A DNA stretch of 64,000 nt from NCBI GenBank assembly GCA_012295275.1, contig CM022676.1, positions 3,596,001 through 3,660,000 on the forward strand. The letters are read 5' to 3'. Shown piece after piece: positions 30,621-45,035 of the stretch. This DNA is from Chrysomallon squamiferum. Lineage: Eukaryota; Animalia; Mollusca. The translations under genes and the position numbers were made by a program. The stretch's first letter is position 1. Each line of letters starts with the position of its first letter. Below the pieces are notes generated by a model, which saw only the letters and a program-made list of their open reading frames with translations, was not told the DNA's origin and did no database searches.

Positions 30621-31185
30621 GTAATAAATAATTAAATTGCAAATAAAAAAAATCCAATTATTACTGCCAGCCTTCTTTTTTTTAATTTTCGTTTTTCTTT
30701 TCTTTTTCTTTTCTTTTTCTTTTCTTATTATTTTACCCGCATCGTCATTAGCATTCAGAAGCACTCGAAGACAGACGGAGAACAGATGAGAAAAACGATT
30801 TGCCTATCAAAGCACAACACACGCGACTTTCTTTGGCTGTTGCCGTCATACAAATTGTGACAGAGATCAATAATCGGTTATAATATGAATATATCGATAC
30901 AGGCGAATATTGACTATACCCCCGCACACTCTCTTGACTGTTGTTGTACGTTTAAAGGTCTACAAGACATTATCAATTATTATTTCTGTCAAGCGGCTGA
31001 GAGTTTGCTGATTAACGCCGTCGATGCAGTTGTTAGAAGATCTTCGAGTGGATGATGGTGTAGAAAAAACAACAACGTAGAGAATGTTACGCACACACTG
31101 ACATACACAGTCAGAGCTAGAGAGAAAAAGAAAACGAGAGAGATAGACAGAAAGGCAGAGAAAGAGAAACAAACAGAAAGAAGAA

Positions 31186-31253
<68 letters not shown>

Positions 31254-31473
31254 ACGGAAATATAGATATACAGATAGAGAGAGGGAGAGTGATAGACAGA
31301 AATTTAAAAAAAAAGTGTGAATAGGAGGGAGAGGAAGAAAGAGAAATAGACAGACATACAGAACAGTTTTGAATTTGATGTAAATTAATGTAAATTAATT
31401 GCAGTATTGTATAAATATGTATCACGTATAGCTACGTTTCTCTGTTTATAAGTGAATTCATCAAAACAGTAAG

Positions 31474-31597
31474 GCACGTACTTAAACATGCACGTGTTTC
31501 TGTCTGTGCATCTCTCCCAGTTCGAAACGCACATACTTAAACATGCACGTGTTTCTCTCTGTGCATCTCTCCCAGTTCGAAACGCACGTACTTAAAC
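31474..31597. repeat. 55-bp tandem duplication (2.2 copies)
   Basis: GCACGTACTTAAACATGCACGTGTTTCTGTCTGTGCATCTCTCCCAGTTCGAAAC starts at 31474 and 31529, with a partial copy at 31584. Confidence 0.9.
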
Positions 31598-32334
31598 CCA
31601 CTCGTAGGTGCATTCACGTAAGCAAACATAAAACACATACGCGTATATATGTATTCAGTCGTGTGTTATTTAACCACGTATCTATATACACACATTTCAG
31701 TGTTTACATTATTTATCGTTGCGGCTATTGCTACATTAAACTCAACACTTTATCTAGAACGATCTCAAAATGTTTTATTACAAATGCTAATTATTCTTTG
31801 AAATCGAAATCTTTTGATTACTGAAACCGAAAGCTCGTCGTTTTAGAGAAGATAACACAAACAAACCAGGCAAAATATCACTGAGGCGAGCCATGCCAAC
31901 TGTCAATAAAAGTCTATAAATTAGTTATTTTTTCTTTGTTTTATCTCAGTCTGTAGAACAAGAGTAGAGAATAGGTTTTAAAGTGTTGTGTTGTGTAGTG
32001 ACGGTTCTTTGAATATCTGGGCTAAACAAATACGGTGAATAATACATGACATGTGTATGTGAGGTTTACGAATCAATGTATGTTTGTCGTACAACTTGCA
32101 GATGATTATATTTAAGTTATATAGGTTGATTTTTGTAGAATAAATACACCACTTATTCAACGTATTGATGTAAGTGTAAGTGTTGCTATTATTATTTTTG
32201 TTGTTATTGTTGTTGCTGCTGTTGTTGTTGTTGTTATTATAAAATAATAATAATAATAATTATAGTAGTAGTAGTAGTAATAATAATAATAATAATAATA
32301 ACTATTATTACTATTATTATTATTTTGTTTTTTA

Positions 32335-32376
<42 letters not shown>

Positions 32377-33448
32377 TTTCACAAGAGTAGTGGTTGTATT
32401 ATTAGTAGTTGTAGTGGAAATAAGTAGGATAATAATATTGGCAGTACTAATAGTAATAACAGTAGTCACAGTATTACTCGTAATAGTCGTAATAATAGTA
32501 GTTGTAGTAGTAGTTAGCTGTTGTTTTAACAGAAATAATAATCGAATAACACCAGTGATAAAGACATTTAAAAAAAAAAAAAAAAAAAAAAATTAGTCAA
32601 AAATATTTCAAACAGAAATGTCTCTTTTTAGCAAGACTATTATTGGCCTCGTTCTCATAAAACCTTGACCTTCGGGCTATTTTTTCTCTCCCGATCCTCG
32701 GCTTCATTCAAGTTAATTACCGGCGAATAAGAAACTTCAATACAACATGACGTCTGCATTTGTATGCGGGACTCCGTGATGCACGCAATAAACAAGCCAC
32801 GAAATACGCTGCGTTGCTAGGCAACAGCACCGCTGCTCTGATAAGTCGACGCTGTATTAGCCAGCGTAATACGGGACTGCACAGTACCACTTAACGTCAT
32901 CGCTATTAGCAACGCCACAAGCCACGCTGTGTCAACTGGATTTGTTAACAAAGTTACAGATTGTAGTTACAGGGAATTGGCGTGTTTACTACGTGCGTTT
33001 TTAATAAACGTAGTACTGGCTAGTACACACAAGATTACAGCCCGAGGGGTGAGGCAGAAAAAAAAAAAAAAAAAAAAAAGAAGAAGAAGAAGAAGAAGAC
33101 GAAGAAGATGAGAAAGAAAATGCTGTAAAGACAAGTTTTGTTTTTTGGGACTTACGTACGATCGTAAAATTTTACGACATTAGCGAGACTGAATTTATAA
33201 TAGAAATGAGGAGGGTAATGTGTTTTGATTAACTTTTTATAACAAATTAAATTTAGTATCACACACACAAACACACACATACAAGACACGATTAAACCGT
33301 ACACATGCAAGGGGTCACACAGACAAAGAGAGAGTGTGAGAGAGACGGAGAGAGAAACGTAGATAGATATCTATCTATCTGTCTCTCTCTCTCTATCTAT
33401 CTATCTGTCTGTATATCTATCTATCTATCTGTCTGTCTGTATGTCTGC

Positions 33449-33480
<32 letters not shown>

Positions 33481-34297
33481 ATGTGTGTATCTTTACTGAT
33501 GCGTGTGTGTGTGTGTATGTGTGTGTGTGTGTGTGTGATACATACACATCGGTAAAGATTTGACTTTTAGAATAAGAATTCTCAATTCTTGAATGTTAAA
33601 TCTCTAAGCAGATCATTCACAAATGTGTTTTACTAATTACCACAGATAACACTAAGGTTGATATGAATATCACGGTAATTTTTTTTTATAACTATGAATG
33701 CAAAGGCAGTTTCTGAGGACATTAAAAAACTCAAGACTAATAACGTGCGTGTATTTTGTATTTTTATGTTTTTTATTCGTGTATGAAGTTAACATTGATG
33801 GTCACATGATGCGAGTTTATTGTTAGTTGAGACAAAATTGCGATGTTCAAGAAATCTGACATTTTTATTTATTACCAATATTGCAACTGTTATTAATATT
33901 ATTATTATTGTTATTATTATTATTATTATTTAAAATGCCAGGCAGTTAATTCATAACAATCAAACGAAACATTTACCGATATTTTCAGCTTGTTTCAGTA
34001 TTAGTTTGTCACAAAAAAAGAGAAAAAAAAAAGATGCAAAACGCGAATTTAACTAGCTCTTCTTTTGTTACGTCTGTTTCGATTTCATCTTTTAAATGAA
34101 AAATCTTTATTTTAATATCCTCAAGCCGATTACATAGCATGTCATTTTTGAAGAAAAAACTGAATCTCTTTTGTTTTATTTCAGATTTCTCTCTCTTTAA
34201 ATCTCTCTCTTTATTTTAATGTCCTCTCTCTCGATTCATCTCTCTCATCTCTCTCTCTGAACTGAAGAAAAACTGAATCTCTATCTCTTTTAGCTCA

Positions 34298-34335
<38 letters not shown>

Positions 34336-34825
34336 TTGTCCTGAACATCCATACTTCTGTATCTAACTCGTTCGAGTGTCTCGTTCTTGATCTGATCCTC
34401 AGTTATCTTCCAACATCACTTCTAAACTCTGACTTTACGTTCTCGTCCCTGTGTTTTATCGTCCACTCAGAAAAACAGAATAACTTCATCTTATTTTAGC
34501 ATTAATTCTAATACATATAAATTGATGATTTTTGCACAGTCACTGAAGCTGAGGAAAATTCTGCTGTTGGTCCATGGACTATGGTTATGGAATTATATGA
34601 AATGATATTCCGTACGTTACCTGTCTATAATAAAGGAGTACGTATAAAAATATACGATTAACATATTAATAATGTTTTGATTGAAATGATAATATATGAT
34701 GACAGTGTAACCTTGTGACAAATGTTTTTGTAATTAATATTATATATAACAGGATTTGAAAAGAAATATATTGATACTGAGAGAGAGATATATATATATA
34801 TATAAAGATATATATATCTATATAC

Positions 34826-34938
<113 letters not shown>

Positions 34939-35385
34939 TTAAAGGAGAGAAACAAAGAGAGAGACAGAGAGAAACAGAGCCAGAGATAGAAAGAGAGAGT
35001 CAGACAGACAGACACAGAAATATTTGATACACACAACCGCTCTAACCAACTCTTCTCAACTCGTCAAGAACACAATTCACTCCATTTATGTTGTTGACCT
35101 CTGACCCCTCGCAGGTCATCTTGATCCGGTGCGCGATCCGGTGAATCTGCGCAGACGTGTCTCTCTGGATACGTTCAGAAGCGGCACATAATTTGATGAG
35201 GGAGGCAGCTCATGTTAAGTCCTTGATTGCAACACAGTTTTCACGAAAGCAGTAATTGGCGAGGCGCTGTGGTTAAACTGACCATTTTCTTAGTCGTGTT
35301 TCAACCCCCCCGTTCCCCCGTCCAATCGATCGCAGACAGAAGTAATCAACCAGCCCCACCACTCGCAGTGATGTTAAACTATAAT

Positions 35386-35437
<52 letters not shown>

Positions 35438-35497
35438 AGGCTTTATTTTTATATGAAGAAGAAAAGTCTTGAAAGGGAGACGAAGTGAAACCAATGT

Positions 35498-35576
<79 letters not shown>

Positions 35577-36444
35577 TGAACATATAGACATAAATTATTT
35601 TCATAAAACGCTATTGGCCTGGACACAATAAAATACATGCTCGACAAAATCGAAAGTGAACTGAGCGCATTGCATGAAGTAAACCAAAGACAAAAATATA
35701 ATATATTGTCTAAGTTCCATTATTTATAGCTCGTTGCTTAAAATAGACATTTCATTAATTATACTCCTTCGTTCCACTTTCATCAATTACAATAGAATTT
35801 TTCCTTAATTAATATATATTTAACGACCATCGCTCGGATATGTCAATAGCTTGGATGTCGCGTTCGATTATGTCGATTAATCGATAAAATAACTTTACAC
35901 GATTTTTAGCACTAATGGAATAAGATGATATTGAAAAAACAGTGCTATTGGCAGATGTGTAATTAAATTTCAACCGAAAATAAACGCGATCACGTCTTCG
36001 AGATTGGCATTTAATATGACATAGGAGGTGGCGAATATGACGAACTCCGTGTACGTTTTCGAATTAAGTGTGTTGATACAATTAACGTAACTCTACGGCC
36101 AGAAAGCTGCTTGTCACATTTTTGACGAAGATCTGTCTCCGTACATTACCCCGAAGATGACAACTTTTCCCCATTGATTAACAAGACGCAGCAGAAGCCG
36201 GTTTTGAAAACAGAACCGAGATTTCGCTCTCCGACAACAAATTATCCGATATCGATATTGCGAAGAGTGCATCGTGATTGGGAAATAAATATCTACGTTA
36301 CTGTTTGTGTCATCTGGGGAAATCGTGACGTTACTCTCTCTCTCTCGAAGAGGCGAGGGTTCACGCTGTTTTGTGACGTAGAACGTTACTGTCGTTTGTA
36401 ACGTGTTGTGTTAGAGTTTCGAGTACTGTTTTATTTTTATGTAT

Positions 36445-36475
<31 letters not shown>

Positions 36476-36516
36476 TTGAGTTTTGATTGATTGATTGACT
36501 GTTTTATTTTTTATTA

Positions 36517-36563
<47 letters not shown>

Positions 36564-36660
36564 TTTTTGTTAAATAACCTACTGGGGAAGTATTTTTTTC
36601 AAGTAGTATGTAAGTTTTGTTTTAACGTAATAGGAATCACACGTTATTTTGTGAAATGGA

Positions 36661-36714
<54 letters not shown>

Positions 36715-37254
36715 TTTATTATTTGACAAGTATGTCATTTTGTATTACAAAAACTCAAATTACTTGTTTTCAAAACTCGTATACACATTAAAGAATGAGT
36801 AACATTTTTCCTTTACATCTATTTATTTATTTATTTAAAAGCTAATAAAAGTTAACATCGCTCTACATGCAATAAATTAACAGCAAAAAACAAAAAAAAC
36901 AAAAAGAAACTTTTTTTTTTTTTTTTTTATATTTCTATTTCTTCTTACACTTCTTCTCATCTTTTCTTTTTCTTCGTCTATTCTTCCTTCTCAATCCTCC
37001 TTCTTCTTCTTCTTCTTCTTCTTCTTCTTCTTTGTGTAAACATCTGACCACGAGCAGTTCTACAACATTTTCCCAGTCACTCTAAACGGGGTCAAACGCT
37101 TCTCAATCAATCAGCAATATTCCAGCAATCACTTAGCAATACGTTTCTATCATATTAAGATTTGTCCGTGTCATACTCGACGTTATTACAGACGTTAGTA
37201 GAAAATAGATCGATGTATTATATATACCTACACTATTCATTACAAGAACGGCGT

Positions 37255-37600
37255 GGGCTGTAGTGCAGAGGTTAGAGCGTTTGCCTCAGGCCCGAAACCT
37301 TATGGGTTCGAGTCTTCTTGAAGCACCGAGTGACCGAGTTTTTGTCTCGGTTATAGGAACGATGTACTAAAAGTCTAGTTGTATTGATTTAACTGTGTGT
37401 TATAACGTAAAGTGCATGTAAAAGAAATCTCGTTGTAGGTTGATTAAAAGTAGTGGAAACTTTGGGTTCTGTTGTCTGATATAATGGTTGTAGTTAAATG
37501 TCATATTAATAACTGATATATATTAATTGTTAACACTAAAAGAACAAGAGATGGTCACATAAAATCTATAAATAAAACAAAAAACAAAAAATACAAAATG
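37255..37600 (+). mobile_element. Degenerate tRNA-derived SINE (possibly MetaSINE-like core)
   Basis: Pol III A-box-like TAGTGCAGAGG at 37261-37271 and B-box GGTTCGAGTC at 37305-37314, at tRNA-like spacing. There is no intact acceptor stem, so it is not a functional tRNA. The body contains GTGCATGTAAAAGAA (37412-37426), which resembles the GTGCACGTTAAAGA core I recall from invertebrate SINEs (unverified). An A-rich tail follows at ~37560-37600; the 3' boundary is approximate. Confidence 0.65.
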
Positions 37601-38582
37601 AAGAAATAAAAAAACAGCTCGTCACAGATACATCAGTTATGAAAAACGGAAAAACAACAAATAATTAATTAATAGAAAATATTGAATTAATATACTGACT
37701 GGAAAGGCTGAGGAATACCAACAAAACAATTATATTGTAGCTGATGTCGCTGTTGTTGATGATGATGGTAGCTGTAATGGCAATGACACTGCATGTGTGG
37801 AAGAGAGCAACATTGTAGAAACTATGTACGTTCCTGTGCGTACGAATGTATATATATATGTGTGCATGCGTTGTAATAATAGTATGTACGTTTCTGTGCG
37901 TGGGTGTGTAATATAGTATATATATCTGTCTCCGTGGGTACATGCGTACATATGCACGAGTGAAAACATAATATCACATAAATAGGGAAATAATAACATG
38001 TATACATATATATCAACCAAAGATACAGGCACAATTATAACACATACAATATCCTTTAATTTTTCTTTTCCAAGAATATACTGATCAAATTCTCACGCAC
38101 GTAACTCTATACTTTAATTGCAAACCTTCTGCCGAAAACAAAACCATTAGTTACGTAACGGACACTCACGTTTCACGGATGAAACAGGCGAGAGCAAATA
38201 AACATTAAAAATTAATGTGGCGTTGGTAGAGAGACAGACAGATAAGAGGGACGAGATAAAATCGGAGATAGGAAGACACAGACGCCAGACGAACGGACAA
38301 ATACATAAACAGAATAATCTGTCTCACATCCCTCTCTGCTGTGTCGGGTTTTCACAGATCAAAGTGAAATGAAGTTCATCTGTGTTCTGTGACAGAAAAC
38401 ATCTGTGTATTTGTCTGTTTTACACATACGAATATTCATATATACACTTAAATATAAACATACACACAGATATATATATATACATACATACACACACACA
38501 AACGTATACATAAACACATACATTCATACATACATACATATAAACAAAACCCATACATATTTACATACATGCACAAATGCAC

Positions 38583-38636
<54 letters not shown>

Positions 38637-38641
38637 TTACT

Positions 38642-38673
<32 letters not shown>

Positions 38674-39314
38674 TATATACATTCATACATAAATACACAC
38701 ATACATACGTACATCTATTCATATAAACTTCAAAGATTAATATGCATAAATAAAACTTCCCTACAAACACCAATAACCAAATAAAGGCAAATAAATAAAC
38801 ATAAATAAATAAACAGACAACAAACACAATCTTCCCCTCTGACAGTACAATCACGTTCACTCTGGAATCACCCTGTGGCGGCCATTTTCCATTTACGTTA
38901 CACTAACAGCAGCAAGGCTTCTTCTTGTCAACAGCTTCCAACCCGCCGCAAGACTGTTTGCTTTGAAATCTGAACTTGATGACTTCCTCTGTCCTTTGTA
39001 TCTTCTCCTGCGTCTCTGTCCCTATGTCTCTTTCGCGTGTCTTTATTTTATCTTCTTTACGTGTCGTCTTGGCCAGTCTTGTTCCATTTTCTTCTTTTCT
39101 GTCTCTGTCTGTGTCTTTCTTTGCGTTCCTCTGTCTGTCCCTTTTTTCTCTGTCTGTCGCTCTCTCTCTGTTTGTATAAACGTGATGTTTTCAACGTACT
39201 TATATATTTATCGCCGTCTTTTGTTCCTACTTATCTTGGTATACATCTATCTATTTATATATCGATATCTCCATATCTCTATCTGTCTTTCCGTTTCTAT
39301 GTCTCTCTGCGTCT

Positions 39315-39413
<99 letters not shown>

Positions 39414-39805
39414 ACCAAAATACACTACGTTATTAATATCGATACGACATATTCACACATTCGCCCACACGTTTTCTATCATTTTAAATTTACAGATACA
39501 ACATTAAACATTCCGATTTCCAGTTTAACTTAATCACCTCAACACAAGTACGTCTATTTTTGCCCTGACTTGGGAAGTGAGCAATCCAGTGCAGTAGAAA
39601 TCCCCAAAAGAATTGACAGCGTAAAGAAAAATGTTCTCTGGTCTTATCTTTTAAATCAATGGATGGTAACTTAGATGTAAGAGACCCTAAGAGAGATAGG
39701 AAAGGAAAGAGAAAGACAGACAGACAGACTGATAAAGACTGACTAGCTAAAAGACGGATATAGACAGATAGATAGATATTTAGATAGATATATAGATAGA
39801 GAGAC

Positions 39806-39825
39806 ATGCACAGATATAGACAGAT

Positions 39826-39903
<78 letters not shown>

Positions 39904-39918
39904 CAGATATAGACAGAT

Positions 39919-39964
<46 letters not shown>

Positions 39965-39992
39965 CAGATATAGACAGATGACAGAGAGAGAC

Positions 39993-40023
<31 letters not shown>

Positions 40024-40086
40024 TATGCACAGATATAGACAGATGACAGAGAGAGAGACAGAGAGAGAGACAGAGAGAGATGCACA
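39806..40086. repeat. Compound repeat: fixed 23-bp unit separated by variable (AG)n
   Basis: ATGCACAGATATAGACAGATGAC at 39806, 39899, 39960 and 40025, partial at 40080. The spacers are 70, 38, 42 and 32 nt and all AG-derived. Confidence 0.9.
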
Positions 40087-40912
40087 TGAGAGAAAGAGAG
40101 AGAGATATCGGATATTTATAATAGTCTTTTTATCGAATCACTTCCTGATCTTGCTGGAGATGTCTAGATGCTGCATCCAATAACAGACTGGAAATAGATA
40201 TCTAACTACTTATCACCCGCACAGACACCGAACTTGTACCACGTGACCGGCACCGCCTGGTCAGTCCGAATTTCCACCCACCCACTTTTAATTCCCACCT
40301 CCCCCTCCAAGGGCTTCTTCCGGGTTTCTTGCTTTAGACCACGCAAAGCTAATCAGAGAAATCCACGTGCTGTGTGTGTTTGTGTTTTTTTTCATCCAGT
40401 GGATATAATTACATGTATCTTTTGAAGACCGTGATAAACGGTCAACTCAGTTTACTTCTGCCGTTTAATCTCCGATTCCAAACTGCATCCACAGCCTAAT
40501 TAATTCCGTGCCGTGTGTTGGGGTGGGGTCGTGGGGTGTGTTTGTATGGGGGGGGTAGTGTTGTGTTGCGTTTGCCCGCTGCTTTTGCACCGAGTGACTG
40601 CGTATCCATGGAAACGGGGCACTCCTCTGAATCGCGGAGTGTAAAAAAATAAATAAATTAATGAAGAAAACGAAACGAAAGGAAATTAGCGAAACACGTT
40701 TGAGTACGTGACCGAGCTGACGTTGTTGTGCCGCTGGTACGATTACTACTGTTACTGCTACAACTGCTACTACCATTACTAGAACTGCTGTTATTAGTAC
40801 TACCACTATTACTACTACTACCACTACTACTACTGCTGCTGCTACTACTACTACTACTGCTACTACTTCAACTACTTCTATTTTTGCTATTACTGTTTTT
40901 ATGTGCTACATG

Positions 40913-40946
<34 letters not shown>

Positions 40947-41689
40947 GCTGCTGATACTGTTATTACTATTACTACTACTACAACTACTACTTTTGCTGTT
41001 ACTACCACCACTACAACAAACACTGCTAATAATAATCACTATGATGTTAGATAGTAACTACAGCAACAACAATCACTTTATTGATACTACAATAACAGAT
41101 TATATATAACGCAGTTTGATCGCTGGAAAGGCAAACCACACTCAAACTACATTACAGCATGCAGGCTTCCCTTCTAATAGGTTCTCGAAGAAAACAATCA
41201 GACAGTTTAACATATTAATCTGGAACCAATACCTCCGCAGGGTACTGACCGTGTATCAAGTCATTCAGGGAAGAACCAGGGATTTCAGTGATAGGGTGGT
41301 GTTGCCATGACATCGACTGGTATAAAGATTAAAAATGGGTGACTTCGATTTGAAGAAGAAAATTAATGAGATGCATTGTCATTATGTTCAAGAGGTCAGG
41401 TGACAAAAGTGACGTAATGTTTTCAGTATCGTTACACTTATTTGAATTTCGAGAAAAAATAAAATTCTGACTGACTGAATCAAATATTTGAGAAACGTTC
41501 TTTCTTCTGACAAAAGGTTAAGTACGACTGTTACGGACTCATTCAAAAACTCTGTTTTAATATTTCAGTTATTAGAATGACCCATAATCTTTAGTTGATT
41601 CTTAACATTATTGTTGTTAGTATGTTAGAAAACTAGTTTACAGAGAAGTTACCGTCTAATACATTTACACCTATTTAATTAGTGAGAGG

Positions 41690-41755
41690 AAGGAGGTCCT
41701 GAGATTCGAACCCAGAACCTGTTTCCAGAAAGCTACGGTTTAATCGATACATCAC
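41690..41755 (-). mobile_element. Possible SINE head remnant (B-box)
   Basis: Minus-strand GGTTCGAATC at 41703-41712 matches the B-box consensus. The A-box is not convincing. A second partial copy, TTCGAACCCAGAAC, is at 42194-42207. Confidence 0.3.
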
Positions 41756-41859
41756 AGAGACTTGAACACACACCCGCACACACAAATATAGAGCCAATCC
41801 CAGAAATCTTCGCTGTATTTATATAAAGATCGTATTATTTCTAAACAGTAACTAGAACC

Positions 41860-42362
41860 CTTAATTGGCTGTGGAGGTTTCTCAGTGTTTTGTTTAATTA
41901 GTACGTCACAGAAGCATGTGTATAACACACAAACATGCAACCGTTCCTTCAAAATCGTCAAATTTTCACCAGCTTTCTTTTAACCGCGCTTCGAAGCCAT
42001 ATATATATATATACACAATAAATCGAATCCAACACTTATCGATATTCTTTCTCACCTGCGTCTTAACCTTGACACGAGACGCTGGTACAAACGTCCCAGT
42101 AAACAGACGTTCACAGAAATCTTCAAACACTACCCGCGATTGGTTGCCAATTGGAAACCGTTTATCACGCTCTTTGATTGTTACGTTTAAGGTTTCGAAC
42201 CCAGAACTTGTCGACAAGATTTATCAGTGCTGTGGCTTCTTAACCTGCGCGAGGGACACGAAGGGCTGTGTATAAATAAGTATACACGTTGACATGCAGC
42301 CGTTCCATGAAATCGTCAAGACTTCGCCAGTTTTCGATTAACGCGACCAGAAACCATTTATA
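41860..42362. repeat. Diverged direct duplication (~140 bp, offset ~360 bp)
   Basis: CATGCAACCGTTCCTTCAAAATCGTCAAATTTTCACCAG (from 41934) aligns with CATGCAGCCGTTCCATGAAATCGTCAAGACTTCGCCAG (from 42293). Upstream GCTGTGG and TGTGTATAA blocks are also shared. Confidence 0.7.
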
Positions 42363-42376
42363 ACGTTATGTTCATT

Positions 42377-42488
<112 letters not shown>

Positions 42489-42793
42489 TGTGTTGTTTAT
42501 TTTACTTGATTAGAAAGTTCGTGATTAAAACAGACTGAAGGTTGTTGACCCTAGGCAAGTTGTTCCGAGTCTTCATTTAATTGCTTATTTATTTATTTAT
42601 TTATTTATTTATTCGTTTATTTATTTATATGTTTGTTTGTTTGTTTGTTTGTTTGTCAGTTAATTGGTTAATTTTGTTTATATTTATTTATTTATTTATG
42701 GTATTTTTGTTGATACTATTATTATTACTATTCTATACATTTTTATGTTTATATTATTATACTGGCTTTTTTATAATTAAACTTTTGCATAAG

Positions 42794-42908
<115 letters not shown>

Positions 42909-43674
42909 CTCGTATTTATATTTCTGTTATAATTATATACTTCTGTATATTACTCGGTACTGTCGTAATATTTTCAGTTTAAGTTCTGTTTAGTCTTAAG
43001 TACCCTTTAAGGCATAAATAACCAACTAAAGAAAGATATAAAATAAAGTAAATAACCAACTAACGAGATCAATAGATAATGAAAAAATACAATACTGATT
43101 TATGTAAATATCATCACACAATTTTTTTTTATACTTTCTTTTAATTTATTTATTTATTTATTTATTTAATTTTATTTTATTTTATTTTATTTTTTTAAAT
43201 TTATTTTACATATTTTAACTAGAACAAAATGGAAAATTTCCAAAACCCGTCTTAGAACTTTTTTTATTTTCAAAGTTAACCTTAAACTCTGTGTCTGTCG
43301 AGCTCAATATTTCTCTAAGTTATGAAAACCTTGCCAGAAATTATCTCTACCAGCAGACTGCTCATAGCGCATTTTCTGAAGTGTATCAATTTGGGCAGTA
43401 TTGGTATTATCTTGTTCACCCAGGCGTGTCATTTGGCTATTTAGAAAACTGTTTGATCGTCAAAGCAGCATTACGGTCGTAACGAGGCCTAACTATGCTG
43501 TCATATCTCATCTGGAACATCTGAGGTTCTGTAATAATTCCACAGGATGGAAGGACAAACGGGTTTACGCGAAATGAAAAGTGAAAGACGTTTCTGGTAA
43601 TTATTGTTACAGAAAGAGACTCGGTCAGGTTGGAAAGAAAGCCATCGAGTTTGTAGAATTGGGTCACGTCTTCG

Positions 43675-43718
<44 letters not shown>

Positions 43719-44154
43719 ATTTGTTTATTAATGTGAATTTGTGTGTGTATATATAATCATTGTTTTTATTTATGCCTTCTTGTATTATAATATATATGGA
43801 TCTATGTGTGACGTTTATTAGACGTTTTTATTTTGTTGCATTTGAATGTGGTTTCTGTTGTGCATGTGAAGTTGTTTGTCCATCTGCGTGTGTTTATATG
43901 TGTGTGTTCTTGTGTTTGTGTGTGTGAGTGTTGAACAGAGAAAACAAAAATAAATAAGTAATGTAATTACTGAGACAAAGAAAGAATAAGAAACTACCAT
44001 CTAGAATCAGTTGTATTTTTTGTATCTAATTATGACCATTCTGTTTGATCAACTCATTTAAATGCTTAAAAGCTTTGTAGGATCGTCTTCAAAGAGGGCT
44101 ATTTTAAATATCATCCAGTATTTATTTATTTGATTTATTTATTTACTTACTTGC

Positions 44155-44190
<36 letters not shown>

Positions 44191-45035
44191 AAACAATCTG
44201 CTTTAACTGAACAAACTTATAAAACGCACGTTACTCTCTCGTTTATGCGTTTCGCTGTAGGATTTTTTATTTGCCAAGTTAATAAGAAATGCATTATCCT
44301 AAAAACAGAAACAAGAAAACACAGCAATATTTTAAATTTTTATATTTCGACAGTCTCTTTATATGAAAGTGTCTTAAACGATCAACGTTTGATTGTGGAG
44401 GTCCTCTTAGAAACGATTATAAATAATATAGTTTTATAGCGATCCTGCTCAAATGAAACGATTTTTAAATATTCGTATGATATTTTCAGAAAGATTACTT
44501 TTTAAAGTCAATTTTAAATATGACTACAATGTTTATTGTCAAATTGCTCAAATGTAAAACTATTTTTAATCTTATTCATTATGGCTGTTTTTATATACGT
44601 TGTGTTTTGTGAAGCTTATTGTGGCAGTCTTCACATAGAATATTGTTTTAAATACTTAACACACAGCAACATTTGAACAAAAATATTGGGTGTCGGTGTG
44701 TGAATATTTTCGAATTTTTATTTATTTATTTATTTCCTTTTTATTTTTTTGTCTGATGGTGTTTTGTGCCTGTACGTGTACGTATGTGTGTTTTTTAAAT
44801 CTGTTTTTGTGCCTGTGTGTGTCTGTGGGTGTGTGTGTGTTTTTATGTTTTTACGTGTGTGTTATGACGCATGTTCTTTTTTGTGTTGTGTTTTGGTGCT
44901 TGCACGTATTTGTGTTTGTGTTTGTGTGTGTGTGTGTGTGCACACGTTTCCACATTTATCTAAATTGCACCTGATAGTTAGATGTGTTGGAGAGCTAAAT
45001 TTACTTAACGTCAAGTTTAATGTACGGCAGCAAAC

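Noticed and set aside
37255-37327. tRNA gene
   Set aside because: A/B boxes are present, but the acceptor and anticodon stems do not pair and there is no poly-T terminator directly after the head. It is better explained as a SINE head.
39806-40086. CRISPR-like array (23-bp repeats, 32-70 nt spacers)
   Set aside because: The spacers are all (AG)n, the repeat is not palindromic, there are no cas genes, and the context is eukaryotic.
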